A stretch of DNA of 64,000 nt, taken from assembly GCA_033763455.1 (NCBI GenBank), contig JANRKO010000019.1, positions 137,618 to 201,617 on the forward strand, in the 5' to 3' direction. The notes under the pieces were generated by a model, which did no database searches, had not been told where the DNA came from, and saw nothing but the letters and a program-made list of their open reading frames with translations. Shown one piece after another: positions 9,614-19,731 of the stretch (within the stretch, counting starts at the first letter, position 1; each line of letters starts with the position of its first letter). A program made the position numbers and the translations under genes. Origin of the DNA: Polyangiaceae bacterium (lineage in GTDB: Bacteria; Myxococcota_A; Polyangia; Polyangiales; Polyangiaceae).

Positions 9614-10333
9614 ATGCCTCAAGCACAAGCTTCCGAAACATGGGTGGTGCACCCACACGATCCGATTGAAAAGCTCGAATCGAACCTCTGGCGTGTGGAA
9701 GGCAGCCTGCCGAACATGCCCCTTCGCCGCGTAATGACAGTAGCGCGGTTGGCCTCGGGTGGCCTGGTGGTCTACAACGCGATCGCCCTTGAAGAAGCAG
9801 CTATGCAAGAGGTCGACGCCTGGGGCAAGGTGGAATACATCATAGTGCCGAATGCTTGGCACAAGTTGGACGCGAAGCGCTTTGCCGAGCGTTATCCCAA
9901 CGCCAAAGTGATCGCACCGGCGAGCGGCCGCGAGAAGGTGGTGGCCGTTGTTGCAAGAGCAGCCGGGCCTGAGCAGCTGCCAGAGAACGCGGATATCGTG
10001 ATTCAGGAATTCGGTGGCACCCGCGAACGCGAGCTTTACATGACGGTTCGTTCTGGAAGCGGGATTTCGCTCATTGTGGCCGATGCTTTGTTCAACATGC
10101 CGCACCTTACGGGGGTGCAGGGCTTCCTGCTGCGGCACATCACGCGTTCCAGCGGCGGCCCCGTGGTATCGCGCGTGAGCCGGGCCATCCTAGTGAAGGA
10201 TAAGAAGGCTTATGCTGAACAACTTCGGAGCCTAGCCACCCCTGATCTGCGACGGGTGATTGTGGCGCACCATCAGGTGATCTCCGAGAGCCCAGCCGAA
10301 ACGCTGCGCCAGGTGGCCAGTACGGTTGGTTGA
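9614..10333 (+). CDS. DUF4336-like hypothetical protein (MBL-fold-like)
   Basis: Internal ATG start MPQAQASETWVVHPHD. Motif LVVYNAIAL...IIVPNAWHKLDAKRFAERYPNAKVIAP resembles the DUF4336 family. Low certainty. Confidence 0.4.
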   Translation: MPQAQASETWVVHPHDPIEKLESNLWRVEGSLPNMPLRRVMTVARLASGGLVVYNAIALEEAAMQEVDAWGKVEYIIVPNAWHKLDAKRFAERYPNAKVIAPASGREKVVAVVARAAGPEQLPENADIVIQEFGGTRERELYMTVRSGSGISLIVADALFNMPHLTGVQGFLLRHITRSSGGPVVSRVSRAILVKDKKAYAEQLRSLATPDLRRVIVAHHQVISESPAETLRQVASTVG

Positions 10334-10371
10334 GGGCCTGGAGCGCACAGGATCAGGTGGGGCGATTACCT

Positions 10372-10402
10372 TGCAAATTCATAGGTAACCTATGAATTTG
10401 CA
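10372..10402. promoter_or_regulatory. perfect 31-bp AT-rich palindrome (candidate operator)
   Basis: TGCAAATTCATAGGT-A-ACCTATGAATTTGCA, 15-bp arms. It lies 33-40 bp upstream of the ATPase gene start in a GC-rich genome. Confidence 0.6.
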
Positions 10403-10434
10403 TAGCCCAGTGGGCCCAGATTTGCTAGCTTGTC

Positions 10435-11622
10435 GTGGCGATGATCATCCGCGAAGCGCATGGCCAGGCGGTTAGGCGTCTCCTGAAAGCCAACCGAGTT
10501 GTGGCATTGCTGGGTGCTCGGCAAGTGGGGAAAACCACGTTGGCGCGCCAAATTGGCGCGGCATTCGAGCACGATATTCACCACTTCGACCTTCAGTCCG
10601 AGCGCGATCTTTCAAAGCTGCAAGATCCCTTGCTCGCCCTCGAGCCTTTGCGAGGATTGGTGATCCTGGATGAGGTTCAGCGCCGACCTGACATCTTCTC
10701 CACGCTTCGCGTGCTCGCTGACCGACCGCGAGGAGCGCGGTTCTTGGTCCTGGGGAGCGCATCGCCGGATCTATTGCGCCAAGGCTCGGAAACTCTCGCA
10801 GGTCGAATCGCATTTCACCAACTCGATGGGTTGAGCTTGGAAGAAGTGGGAGCAAGCCGAGCCAACGAGCTGTGGGTGCGAGGAGGATTCCCTCGGTCGT
10901 TCCTAGCTAGGACCAACGGGCAAAGCGTTCGCTGGCGACAAGACTTCATCAGCACCTTCCTCGAGCGAGACCTGCCTCAGCTGGGCGTGCGTGTGCCGGG
11001 AACGACTCTGCGACGATTCTGGTCCATGTTGGCGCACGTGCACGCGCAGGTCTTGAATTGGTCTGAGCTGGGACGTTCCATGGCTGTGACCGACATGACC
11101 GTTCGACACTATGTGGACCTGCTCGCAGCAACCTTCATGGTCCGCATATTACCTCCGTGGCATGAGAATCTATCCAAGCGTCAGGTAAAAGCTCCCAAGG
11201 TCTTCATCCGCGACTCGGGCATTTTGCACGTGCTTCTAGACATCGTTGGTGCGGAAACCCTCGAAGGTCATCCAAAAGTTGGAGCATCCTGGGAAGGATT
11301 TTGCATCGAGACGTTGATTAGCCACCTAGGAGCACGCGTCGAGCAATGTTATTTTTGGGCAACGCAAGCGGGCGCCGAGCTCGATCTCTTGGTCGTCGCC
11401 GGAGGCCGCAGGATGGGCTTCGAGGTCAAACGAACGGTCTCCCCGAGAACGACAGCGTCCATGCACACCGCTTTGCGGGACCTCGGGCTTGATTCCTTGG
11501 ATGTCATTCACGCAGGCCAGGAAACCTTCGCAATGGCCAAGGACATTCGGGCCGTCGCACTGCGGCGCATCGCGAACGACATCAAGCCCTTGCACCCAAC
11601 ACGTGCGGCGAAGGTTTCCTAG
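10435..11622 (+). CDS. AAA-family ATPase with C-terminal DUF4143 domain
   Basis: Walker A LLGARQVGKTTL, Walker B LVILDEVQ, and a DUF4143-type C-terminal region. Confidence 0.75.
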   Translation: MAMIIREAHGQAVRRLLKANRVVALLGARQVGKTTLARQIGAAFEHDIHHFDLQSERDLSKLQDPLLALEPLRGLVILDEVQRRPDIFSTLRVLADRPRGARFLVLGSASPDLLRQGSETLAGRIAFHQLDGLSLEEVGASRANELWVRGGFPRSFLARTNGQSVRWRQDFISTFLERDLPQLGVRVPGTTLRRFWSMLAHVHAQVLNWSELGRSMAVTDMTVRHYVDLLAATFMVRILPPWHENLSKRQVKAPKVFIRDSGILHVLLDIVGAETLEGHPKVGASWEGFCIETLISHLGARVEQCYFWATQAGAELDLLVVAGGRRMGFEVKRTVSPRTTASMHTALRDLGLDSLDVIHAGQETFAMAKDIRAVALRRIANDIKPLHPTRAAKVS

Positions 11623-11699
11623 GCCCGTGGGACATCGCGCGGATTCGTGCCGCCCGCGGGCTGAACGTGGGCCAGGTGCGTGACTCAACCCACGCAAGG

Positions 11700-12437
11700 C
11701 TAATAGGTAGCCCGCCCGCCTGACATATCAAACGTGAACCCGGTGGTGAAGCTCGCTTCGGGGGACACGATGAAGGCTGTAAGCGCCGCGATTTCCGCGA
11801 GCGTGCCGCAGCGCTTCATGGGGATCTTGTCGGTCATGTATTTTACATGGCCCGGATCCATACCTTCTACCATCGCTGTCCGGATTACGGCGGGTGCGAG
11901 CGCGTTCACGGTGATGCCCGTCTCCGCGTATTCTTTTCCAATCGACTTTGCCAAACCGATAACGCCTGCTTTTGTCGAAGAATATGCGCTCATGCCCGCG
12001 TTGCCTTCTTTACCTGCGATCGAAGCAATCAAGAGAACTCGGCCGTAATTTCGCTTTTCCATGTACGGAATGGCATATTTGGCAACCAAGAAGGAGCCGC
12101 GAAGGTTCACGCGATACACGGCGTCAAATTCCTCCACGGATACATCCGTCAGCTTGCGCCCAGAGGGACCAACAATGCCGGCGCTGTTCACCACAACATC
12201 CAGGCGGCCCCACTTGGCGAAAACCTGCTCGTACGCACCTGCTACGGATTTCTCATCGGAAACGTCTCCGGCAATGGCTAAGCCCGAAAGCTCGCCGGCC
12301 GCTTTTTCCGCAAGAACAGGGTCACGATCAAAGACAGCAACTTTGGCGCCTTCATCTGCCAAAAGCTTGGCAATGGCTCGGCCCAGGCCGTCAGCCCCAC
12401 CAGTAATAAAGGCTACCTGATCTTGAAATCGTTTCAC
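11700..12437 (-). CDS. SDR family oxidoreductase
   Basis: TGGADGLGRAIA Rossmann motif, NSAG, and YSSTKAG catalytic Y-x3-K. Confidence 0.8.
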   Translation of the reverse strand: MKRFQDQVAFITGGADGLGRAIAKLLADEGAKVAVFDRDPVLAEKAAGELSGLAIAGDVSDEKSVAGAYEQVFAKWGRLDVVVNSAGIVGPSGRKLTDVSVEEFDAVYRVNLRGSFLVAKYAIPYMEKRNYGRVLLIASIAGKEGNAGMSAYSSTKAGVIGLAKSIGKEYAETGITVNALAPAVIRTAMVEGMDPGHVKYMTDKIPMKRCGTLAEIAALTAFIVSPEASFTTGFTFDMSGGRATY

Positions 12438-13744
12438 GCGTGGGCTCCTAGAGGCAAAAGGTTGTCGCTGGAATCAAAGGCAAATGGCTTTGGTGCGGAG
12501 GAAAGAGCGATATTCTTCTTACCCGAAAGCTCCCGGGCGATGGCTTCGGAGACCTGCATGTTCCCGAGTGAAAGCGAATCACGGATACGAATGACTCGAG
12601 CGGTGCGCGTATCCGGCAAAGCTAGCGTTGCCAGGGCATGGGCCAACACATCTTTATCCGTTTCAAAATGAATCGGGATTTTGGCGGCGAGAATGGCCTG
12701 CGAAGTGAGCGTGTTCATGTACATGGTGGGGTAATCGATGGCACGGACCAAGCGGCTGGTGGCAAAATCAGCCACGCCAATTCCGACCGCATTGCCGTGG
12801 GTTTCGGGCGTGAGGTCGCGCACGAAGATGCGCCGAATGAAGGGCTTTCGTGTGGGTTCCTGAATAAGCGAGGAAAAATACCCAAAACAATCCCGGCCGA
12901 TCACGTTCGGATCGATGCCGGCGCCGCTGATGTTCTTACCCATGTAATCGACGATCAAAAGATCTACATCGTCGGTCGGAAGTTGGGGCATCAGAGCCCG
13001 CGCCTCATTAAGCAATTCTGGCTCACGCTGCTCGATGGCTTCAGCACGAACCACTTCGATGCGCTGCAGCTCGTGACGTTGATTTTCGATCAACGCCACA
13101 CTCCCAATGAACGGCGCTTTTTCAAGCTTTACGCGGGCCACGGTTTGGAGAACTTTGGGAAAAGGCACTCTTTGGCAGGCCACGTGAAAAGCAGTTGCTC
13201 CTAGCTCTTTGCCCAAACCTACCGCAATCATCTTCATGATCCCGCTTTCGATAGGACCCCGGAATTCGGTGTGCGGCTTCACGCGGCAAACAACCAAAAT
13301 TCCATCCGCCCGGAGAGCTTCGGCAGCCAAATGTACGGGGACCCCATCCGCAGTCTGCCCCACGAGCGTGGCTTCCATGCTTGCGCGTACCGGTACACCT
13401 AATGCTTGTTCGCTGATCCCGTAGCCGGCGAGTAACTCTGCCTGGCCTTCAGCTGTAGCGCCGCCGTGGCTCCCCATCGCGGGTACAATGAACGGCTCTG
13501 CCCCTGCGTCGCGTAGAAGTTGAATCACCTCGCGCACCACTTCGTCGAGCCGAGAAATCCCCCGGCTGCCCACGGCGATGGCGATCTTGGCTCCGGGCCG
13601 AACATCTAGGTTCCAGGATCCTCTGAGCACAGCGCGGGCGTCGAGCGCAGGCGTTGGAGGAAAGCTTTGAGTCAGATCGAGCAGCTTAGGAAAATGGGTG
13701 TCAGGGATGCGTAACATGGATGGATCAGGGCTCCGACCCCGCAC
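12434..13744 (-). CDS. LarA-like (lactate racemase N-terminal/DUF2088-like) protein
   Basis: 436-aa ORF whose stop overlaps the SDR start (operon). KxH-like RVKPHTEF motif. The family assignment is from memory and not certain. Confidence 0.4.
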   Translation of the reverse strand: MRGRSPDPSMLRIPDTHFPKLLDLTQSFPPTPALDARAVLRGSWNLDVRPGAKIAIAVGSRGISRLDEVVREVIQLLRDAGAEPFIVPAMGSHGGATAEGQAELLAGYGISEQALGVPVRASMEATLVGQTADGVPVHLAAEALRADGILVVCRVKPHTEFRGPIESGIMKMIAVGLGKELGATAFHVACQRVPFPKVLQTVARVKLEKAPFIGSVALIENQRHELQRIEVVRAEAIEQREPELLNEARALMPQLPTDDVDLLIVDYMGKNISGAGIDPNVIGRDCFGYFSSLIQEPTRKPFIRRIFVRDLTPETHGNAVGIGVADFATSRLVRAIDYPTMYMNTLTSQAILAAKIPIHFETDKDVLAHALATLALPDTRTARVIRIRDSLSLGNMQVSEAIARELSGKKNIALSSAPKPFAFDSSDNLLPLGAHA

Positions 13745-13938
13745 TTTAGGCGTCCGGCCTTTGCCGACAACCCGGCAGCACGAAATTACAGAAGTTGACC
13801 GAAAGCCAGCCTAGTCGCGCTTTCAGCGCTGCTCGCCAACAGGTGGGCGGTCGGGGAGCGTTATAGGCCTCGGAGGGGCCCTGAATGGTGCCCAAGGGTG
13901 TGAGGTGACTTTCCCCGGGCCAAGGCTTAGGTTGACGT

Positions 13939-14433
13939 ATGCGCCCCGCGGACGATCCCGAGTTCTTTGAGCGCCCCGCCCCCGATGGGCGCAGCCGTGA
14001 GAGCTCGATCCGGCTGGATGCTCATGGAAATTTCTGGCACGCCGGCGATCGCGTCGAGAATCAACGTATGAGGAGCGCGTTTGGGCGCTGGGTTTCGCTT
14101 CACCCGAACGGGCGCTTCATCCTGAATAACGGCTACGATTGGAGCTATCTCTCGGTTGAGGATACGGGCTGGTTCGTGGTGCGAGTGCGGGACACAGAAG
14201 GCGGTCCGCGTTTAGTCTTTTCGGACGGCACCGAGCAGTTCCTCACTGAAAGTGAGCTCTTTAGGCTGCCCAACGAGGCACTCTACGCGCGGTTGCACGA
14301 ACGAGGAATGAATGCCAGGTTCACGCGCGAAGCGGCTTTGATGCTCGGGCCGTGGCTCACCGAGTCTGAATCAGGCGCGTTGAGTATCCAAGTGGGTGGG
14401 CAAACCAACCCAATCAAGCTCTTCACGACCTGA
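13939..14433 (+). CDS. DUF1285-like hypothetical protein
   Basis: 164-aa ORF with good coding periodicity; the family guess is weak. Confidence 0.35.
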   Translation: MRPADDPEFFERPAPDGRSRESSIRLDAHGNFWHAGDRVENQRMRSAFGRWVSLHPNGRFILNNGYDWSYLSVEDTGWFVVRVRDTEGGPRLVFSDGTEQFLTESELFRLPNEALYARLHERGMNARFTREAALMLGPWLTESESGALSIQVGGQTNPIKLFTT

Positions 14434-14435
14434 CT

Positions 14436-15248
14436 TTACGTCTGCTTGGCTCGGAACGCCTCAAGTTCGGCGGCAAGGCTGCGGGCGCGTTCGGCCTCGG
14501 CATTCGCGCGCTCGGCCTCTGCATTGGCGCGCTCGGCCTCGGCATTAGCGCGTTCGGCTTCGGCATTGGCGCGAAGCTGCTGTGCCTGTTGCTGCTCCAA
14601 AGCCTGAGAAAGCTGGGCCTTCACAGCGTGCGCGGCTTCTTGCGGCATCGGCAAGGGTTGCCCGTCTGCATCTAGCCAACGAAGCCAATCGACATCGACC
14701 GCCCAAAGGCTGCTTCGCATCTTGCCCAACCAAAGCCCGAGCTGTGAGCATTTGAGATTGCCGTGTGCATCGGGGATCTTCGGGCGGTAGCCCGCCCCGG
14801 CAGCTTCCAGCTCATATCCCTCGAAAACACCCGAAAGTGGATCAAACAAGAAGTACTCCCCCACCTTGAGCAAGCGCCCATACACGCGCATCTTCTCGCC
14901 CCGGTCGACCGCTTCTGTCGTTTCCGACAAGAGCTCAATGATCACGTCCGGGGACTTTCCCTCTTCCTCCCAGACAACCCAAGCTTTTCGCTCTCTCCGC
15001 GTGGTGTTGAGCACCACGAATACATCGGGCCCCCGAAAATCGTTCCTGCGAGTCTGTGTTTCGCTGAAATAAAGGAACATATTTCCCCCCACGTAGTAGT
15101 CCGTTCGCTCCTGCCACGCGAACTCCAGCGATTCTATCAAGATCGCCATTTGTTGGCGATGGCGAGCCGATTCCATGGGCTCACCGTCGTCCGTGACGAG
15201 CTGATCGGCGCCGGGGGGCATTACAAACGGGTGCGGGGGTTCGCTCAT
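14436..15248 (-). CDS. Uma2 family (DUF820) putative endonuclease with C-terminal coiled-coil heptad repeats
   Basis: PD-(D/E)xK-like core (DVFVVLN...EEGKSPDVIIELLSETT) and a C-terminal (ANAEAER)x4-5 tail. Confidence 0.7.
   Translation of the reverse strand: MSEPPHPFVMPPGADQLVTDDGEPMESARHRQQMAILIESLEFAWQERTDYYVGGNMFLYFSETQTRRNDFRGPDVFVVLNTTRRERKAWVVWEEEGKSPDVIIELLSETTEAVDRGEKMRVYGRLLKVGEYFLFDPLSGVFEGYELEAAGAGYRPKIPDAHGNLKCSQLGLWLGKMRSSLWAVDVDWLRWLDADGQPLPMPQEAAHAVKAQLSQALEQQQAQQLRANAEAERANAEAERANAEAERANAEAERARSLAAELEAFRAKQT
14483..14574. repeat. 21-bp tandem repeat (~4.3 copies) encoding the ANAEAER heptads
   Basis: gcgcg(t/c)tcggcct(c/t)(g/t)gcatt(c/g/a) units seen directly in the sequence. 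Confidence 0.8.
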
Positions 15249-15317
15249 AGCGGGCCTTCATTGTAGCCGAAACTCATCGGCTGCGCGCTGGCTCAGTTGC
15301 GCGCATAGCGGGGCGCC

Positions 15318-16655
15318 CTAGCCGTCACTGGGCGCGAGCGCCTCAAGCTCCGGTTCCGTCTTTACTTGGCTCCACTCTAAGCGCTCTTCCTGCACGGCTT
15401 GGCCCAGAAGCACGGCTGCCAGCTCCGCGCGGCCGCCCCTAACCCAACCCCGAGCGGCGGAAAGAGCATCTTCAGGCAAGCGACTCTGTCGGAAAAGGCT
15501 CTCGAAGAGCTGGGCCGCGGATTCGAATACTCCGGCTTCTAGGGTCTCGCTGCCCACTCTTCGCACATCCTCTTCGGCGAGCTGCTCCACACAGCCGGCC
15601 GCGAGAGCACATGCTTTTGGATATTCTTGGAGCTTGAGCCAGATGCGGATCAAGGCACCCACCACCTCCGCTCGTTGATCCCCCGCGCGGCGCGCTACAA
15701 CCAACACCTGAGCGGCGCCTGTAAGATCTCCATCGAGCTCCCGAATAGATGCCTCAAGGAGCGCGTCAAGCTGTTGCCCAACAGGAGTCCGCGCCAGCAC
15801 TGCACGGGCCTCTGCAGCGCGCCCAGCCATCACCGCGGACCAACCCGCGATGTCGAGGGCCTTGGTGCGCCAGGCGTCCGTGGGGGAGTTTTCAAAGACT
15901 GCCATAGCCATGGCCATGGCCTCGCCATAACGCTCGGATTCGCGCAGCGCGTGGGCGCGCGCCAAGATCTCCCGCAAGGCTTCTTCGGGCAGGGCGGGCC
16001 GTACGGGCGTGCGACGTGCGTGCACGTAGCTAAAGATCCCAGAAACCCCAAAAAGCAGGCCAGGCAGTGGCTGATTGAACAAAAAGAATGCCGCACTCAG
16101 CGCCAAACTCGCCACTAACGACACCGTCGCAGCGGTACCACGGCGTTCTGGCCCCAAGAACACGGCCATCGCTTGACCGCCATCCATTGGCAAGATCGGC
16201 AGTAGATTCACGGCGCTGTAGAGGAACGCATACGTGAGCACCGTTGCGAGAAATGTGGGCAGGTTAGGAGTGGACTCCTGCATGGATTGTACTGGCAGCT
16301 CATGCACACCCAGCGCAATCAGCCCGCCCCAAGCTAGGCCCCCCAGCAAAAAACCCGCAGCCGGCCCCGCTAACGCAACCCAGATTTGGCGCCAACGTGG
16401 CAGCGGCGAAGTTTGCCGCCAAGCCGTGAGCCCACCAAATAGGTGCAGAAACACCACTGGCTCCTGACCAAACGCGCGCGCAACCACCGCATGCCCGAAC
16501 TCATGGCTCAGGATGCATAAGCCAAATGCACCTAAGAACATCAGCGCCCCCTGCACTGAATTGGATATTAGATACCCGAACATCAGCGCAAGCATCCAAA
16601 AGCCAGGATGCACGTGAACGGGAAAGCCGAACAATCTAAAGCGAAAAACACCCAT
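15318..16655 (-). CDS. M50 family (site-2 protease-like) metallopeptidase with C-terminal TPR-like region
   Basis: HEFGHAVVA HExxH motif within TM helices; Ala-rich helical repeats at the C-terminus. Confidence 0.7.
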   Translation of the reverse strand: MGVFRFRLFGFPVHVHPGFWMLALMFGYLISNSVQGALMFLGAFGLCILSHEFGHAVVARAFGQEPVVFLHLFGGLTAWRQTSPLPRWRQIWVALAGPAAGFLLGGLAWGGLIALGVHELPVQSMQESTPNLPTFLATVLTYAFLYSAVNLLPILPMDGGQAMAVFLGPERRGTAATVSLVASLALSAAFFLFNQPLPGLLFGVSGIFSYVHARRTPVRPALPEEALREILARAHALRESERYGEAMAMAMAVFENSPTDAWRTKALDIAGWSAVMAGRAAEARAVLARTPVGQQLDALLEASIRELDGDLTGAAQVLVVARRAGDQRAEVVGALIRIWLKLQEYPKACALAAGCVEQLAEEDVRRVGSETLEAGVFESAAQLFESLFRQSRLPEDALSAARGWVRGGRAELAAVLLGQAVQEERLEWSQVKTEPELEALAPSDG

Positions 16656-16678
16656 GCAGAGGAGCTCGGGTTAGCACA

Positions 16679-18523
16679 TCAGCGGTGGATGTACACGCCC
16701 GTTCCCTGCCCCATATCTGCCCCAATATTGACGCCATGCCAGCCATCCGGTACCGGTGGGTCACTCCACATGAACACATAACGTGCGTCAATCGGCGCCA
16801 AATTGACGCACCCGTGGCTCCGCGGGATCCCGAAAACATCGTGCCAATAGGCCCCATGGAGGGCATACCCCGAAGCAAAATACTGGATCCATGGCACATC
16901 GCGCAGCTCGAAGCCTGCAGAGCCGCGCCGCACGGTAACACCATATTCTGGGTCGCGCCCTTTTTTAATGTTGGCCAGCCTTCTTCGATCTTCTTCGTCC
17001 AGGGGTTCTCCCCTTTTCTCAGCGGCCAGTAGGCGTTCCTTAACCCCGGAGTTATCCACCTTACTAACGTTCGTGTTGGAGCGGGTGCCACCCGCCACGC
17101 TCGAGTTTTCCTCTGAGTCCATCGCCGCGGCGATGTGTTTGCTGGTGAGCCGAAACGTACCTTGTGGCGTTGAAAGCGTTTCTTTTGGATCTCCAAAGCG
17201 ATCCCGCCCCGTCGACACCAATGTGGCGTAGGTAGCGCGCTTGCCTTCGTAAAGAACCAGCGTCTGCTGCCCGAGCGAGACATCGATCCATTTTTCGCCC
17301 TTCTCAGCAAATTCTGGCCATTCTGGGGGTGGAGCAACAATGCCAAGATCGCTCGCTTTGAGCCACATCAGCTTATCTTTGAGCGACTGATAGTAACGTT
17401 CACCGGCCTGGATCCGCGCATTCCCGGACAATGGGATCAGGGCTCGCCGGGGCACCTCTCCGGCCGGGCGAACCTCATCTCTGCCGCGCACCAACTGATA
17501 AGATTTCGTCTCTCGCTTGATAGCCCAGGCGAACGGCATATCGAGCCCTTTTGGAATTTCAATTCCGTGAAACGGGGAACCTGTATCGGGCTTCACCTTG
17601 GTTGTTGGGATCAAGCGCATGTCCACAGTCACGGCGAAGCTTCGCTTCAAGCCATCACTCTCCGTGTCAAACGCATCCACGAAGGAAAGCCCGGTTTTAC
17701 GGCTCACGCGATCAGCGAAGTACGCGTATTCGGGCACTTGGTAGCCAGAAACGTTCGGCACTTGGCGGCCACCTTGGAGCCAAAATGGGATCTTTCCCTC
17801 CTTATCGCCGCCGAACAATTCGTTGCGCGTAAGCTCGGTAGAATTTCGAAAGCCGGGCGCTGGTTTTAACCCCGGCCGAGCAATGCCCCGGGCATCGAGT
17901 GGTACGTCGTTGGCGCCGAGCTCCACTTGTTGTACCTCGTGTTCGTGTTCAGCATACCAAGCGAGGTGTTCTTCGAGCTTGAACTCACTCTTGAGCTGCT
18001 CGGCTTTCGTAGGAATTCTGAGGTATTGCGGAGAAGCGGCGCGCACAAACCCATAGCTATACGGTAGCGGTCGATCGAGGTGCGGACGGCGCTGATTGGC
18101 CCGCACCAGCGGCGACTCAAGATCCGTAGTGGCGTCTTTGGTGCACACGTAACCCATGGGGTAAATGCGATACCACTGCCCTTTTTCGCACCCTCGGCCA
18201 GTAATCGCGTCCGGATCACGGCGCACGATTCCGCCGAGGCGAATGTAGCCTAGCCGCCGCGAGTTCTCGTCCGCCAGCTTGTAGACAGTGGTGGCGATCG
18301 TCGTGGCAGCCAATTTGGGCGCACTCTCTGGTGCTTGAGTGTCGAGCTCGCCGTGATCTACCTGAACACTCGAAAGCTTGGCGGGCGTACCATTGCTACT
18401 GGGTGTGTTCCCAAGAGCTTCCGTAGGAGCTTTCGGATCTTTGCCCAAGTTGGGTTTTTGGGGTTTGTTGCAGCCGAACCCGAAGACTAGAATTACCGCC
18501 GCGGCACGACCCATTACACGCAT
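16679..18523 (-). CDS. L,D-transpeptidase family lipoprotein
   Basis: YkuD catalytic motif [20 protein letters not shown] and N-terminal lipobox VFGFGC. Confidence 0.8.
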   Translation of the reverse strand: MRVMGRAAAVILVFGFGCNKPQKPNLGKDPKAPTEALGNTPSSNGTPAKLSSVQVDHGELDTQAPESAPKLAATTIATTVYKLADENSRRLGYIRLGGIVRRDPDAITGRGCEKGQWYRIYPMGYVCTKDATTDLESPLVRANQRRPHLDRPLPYSYGFVRAASPQYLRIPTKAEQLKSEFKLEEHLAWYAEHEHEVQQVELGANDVPLDARGIARPGLKPAPGFRNSTELTRNELFGGDKEGKIPFWLQGGRQVPNVSGYQVPEYAYFADRVSRKTGLSFVDAFDTESDGLKRSFAVTVDMRLIPTTKVKPDTGSPFHGIEIPKGLDMPFAWAIKRETKSYQLVRGRDEVRPAGEVPRRALIPLSGNARIQAGERYYQSLKDKLMWLKASDLGIVAPPPEWPEFAEKGEKWIDVSLGQQTLVLYEGKRATYATLVSTGRDRFGDPKETLSTPQGTFRLTSKHIAAAMDSEENSSVAGGTRSNTNVSKVDNSGVKERLLAAEKRGEPLDEEDRRRLANIKKGRDPEYGVTVRRGSAGFELRDVPWIQYFASGYALHGAYWHDVFGIPRSHGCVNLAPIDARYVFMWSDPPVPDGWHGVNIGADMGQGTGVYIHR

Positions 18524-18777
18524 ACGATACCGGCGGTCATACCCCCCTCGTGAAAGCGGTCAAGGGCGGCGAACACCGCCGACTCATGAAAACGCAGCGC
18601 CACTTTCGGTGGTACGGTTTGGGGGATTCCTCACATAAACGCGTATCGCCAATAGACACGAAGGGCCGCTCGATACCGGCATCCAACGACACGGCTTCTG
18701 GCGCCTCGGGGTCCAAGGCCGGACGACTTGCTGCTTGCTGTCTCAGTGCATTTGACCTAACCAGGCCCTCCAAGGAT

Positions 18778-18978
18778 ATGCACCTAATCGTCAACGGAGA
18801 GCCGTACGAAGCGCCCCCAGGCCTCACCGTGCGGGGGTTGGTGGAACATCTGGGGCTCACAGAGGGTCCCGTGGCGGTTGAACGCAATCGCGAGGTGGTG
18901 CCTCGTGCTGAGCACGCTGCAACACTGCTCGCTGAGGGCGACGTATTGGAAATTGTACATTTCGTCGGTGGCGGGTAG
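18778..18978 (+). CDS. thiS: ThiS/MoaD-family sulfur carrier protein
   Basis: 66 aa, [22 protein letters not shown]...EIVHFVGGG with a C-terminal GG. Confidence 0.7.
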   Translation: MHLIVNGEPYEAPPGLTVRGLVEHLGLTEGPVAVERNREVVPRAEHAATLLAEGDVLEIVHFVGGG

Positions 18979-19010
18979 ATCGGTGGCGGCTAGATGGTGG
19001 CGGGTAGAAA
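18966..19010. repeat. three tandem 15-bp repeats spanning the thiS stop
   Basis: cggtggcgggtagat / cggtggcggctagat / ggtggcgggtagaaa. Confidence 0.8.
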
Positions 19011-19029
19011 GAGTAGCGTAGGTAAAGGC

Positions 19030-19731
19030 CTAGCCGTCAATGCGATCCCGCAAGCGATAGCCGACTCCAGGCTCGGTCACCAAATACCTAGGCCGGCTTG
19101 GCTCACGTTCGAGTTTATGGCGCAATTGACCCATATAAACTCGTAAGTATTGTGTCTGATCGCCGAAGTTGGGCCCCCACACTTCGCGTAAGAGCTGACG
19201 ATGGGTGATAACTTTCCCGCTGTGCTTCACCAACATCGCCAAGATCCTGTATTCGATGGGCGTGAGGTGCACCTCTTTCTCGTCGCAGAAAACCTGCCGC
19301 CGATTAAGGTCCACCTTAAGCTCGCCCACAGTGAACAGCGAGCTGCCGTCCGCTCCAGCTACCGCATGTCGCAGAGCAACGCGAATGCGCGCCAAGAGTT
19401 CACCGACGCCAAAAGGCTTCGTGAGATAATCGTCGGCGCCGAGGTCCAGCGCATGGATCTTATCTTCCTCCCGGCCGCGTGCCGAAATCACGATGATTGG
19501 AGTTTTTGACCACTCCCGGAGACGCTCGGTAACCACCAGGCCATCGAGATCGGGCAGTCCCAAATCCAAGAGAATGAGATCGGGGCTGTGAGCCGCTACG
19601 AGATTCAAGCCATCTTGGCCCGTTTCAGCCTCGATCACGCGATAGCCGTTGCTTGATAGCGAGGCCCTTAAGAAACGACGCATTTGCGCTTCGTCCTCGA
19701 TCACCACAATCGTCGACGGGTTCTCGCTCAT
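19030..19731 (-). CDS. kdpE: KDP operon response regulator
   Basis: Receiver domain (DLILLDLGLPDLDG, KP) plus an OmpR winged helix; the ATG overlaps the kdpD stop (ATGA). Confidence 0.85.
   Translation of the reverse strand: MSENPSTIVVIEDEAQMRRFLRASLSSNGYRVIEAETGQDGLNLVAAHSPDLILLDLGLPDLDGLVVTERLREWSKTPIIVISARGREEDKIHALDLGADDYLTKPFGVGELLARIRVALRHAVAGADGSSLFTVGELKVDLNRRQVFCDEKEVHLTPIEYRILAMLVKHSGKVITHRQLLREVWGPNFGDQTQYLRVYMGQLRHKLEREPSRPRYLVTEPGVGYRLRDRIDG

Noticed and set aside
18524-18777. Possible TPP riboswitch upstream of thiS.
   Set aside because: The conserved CUGAGA / ACCUGAUCUGGAUAAUGCCAGCG elements could not be found in the leader.
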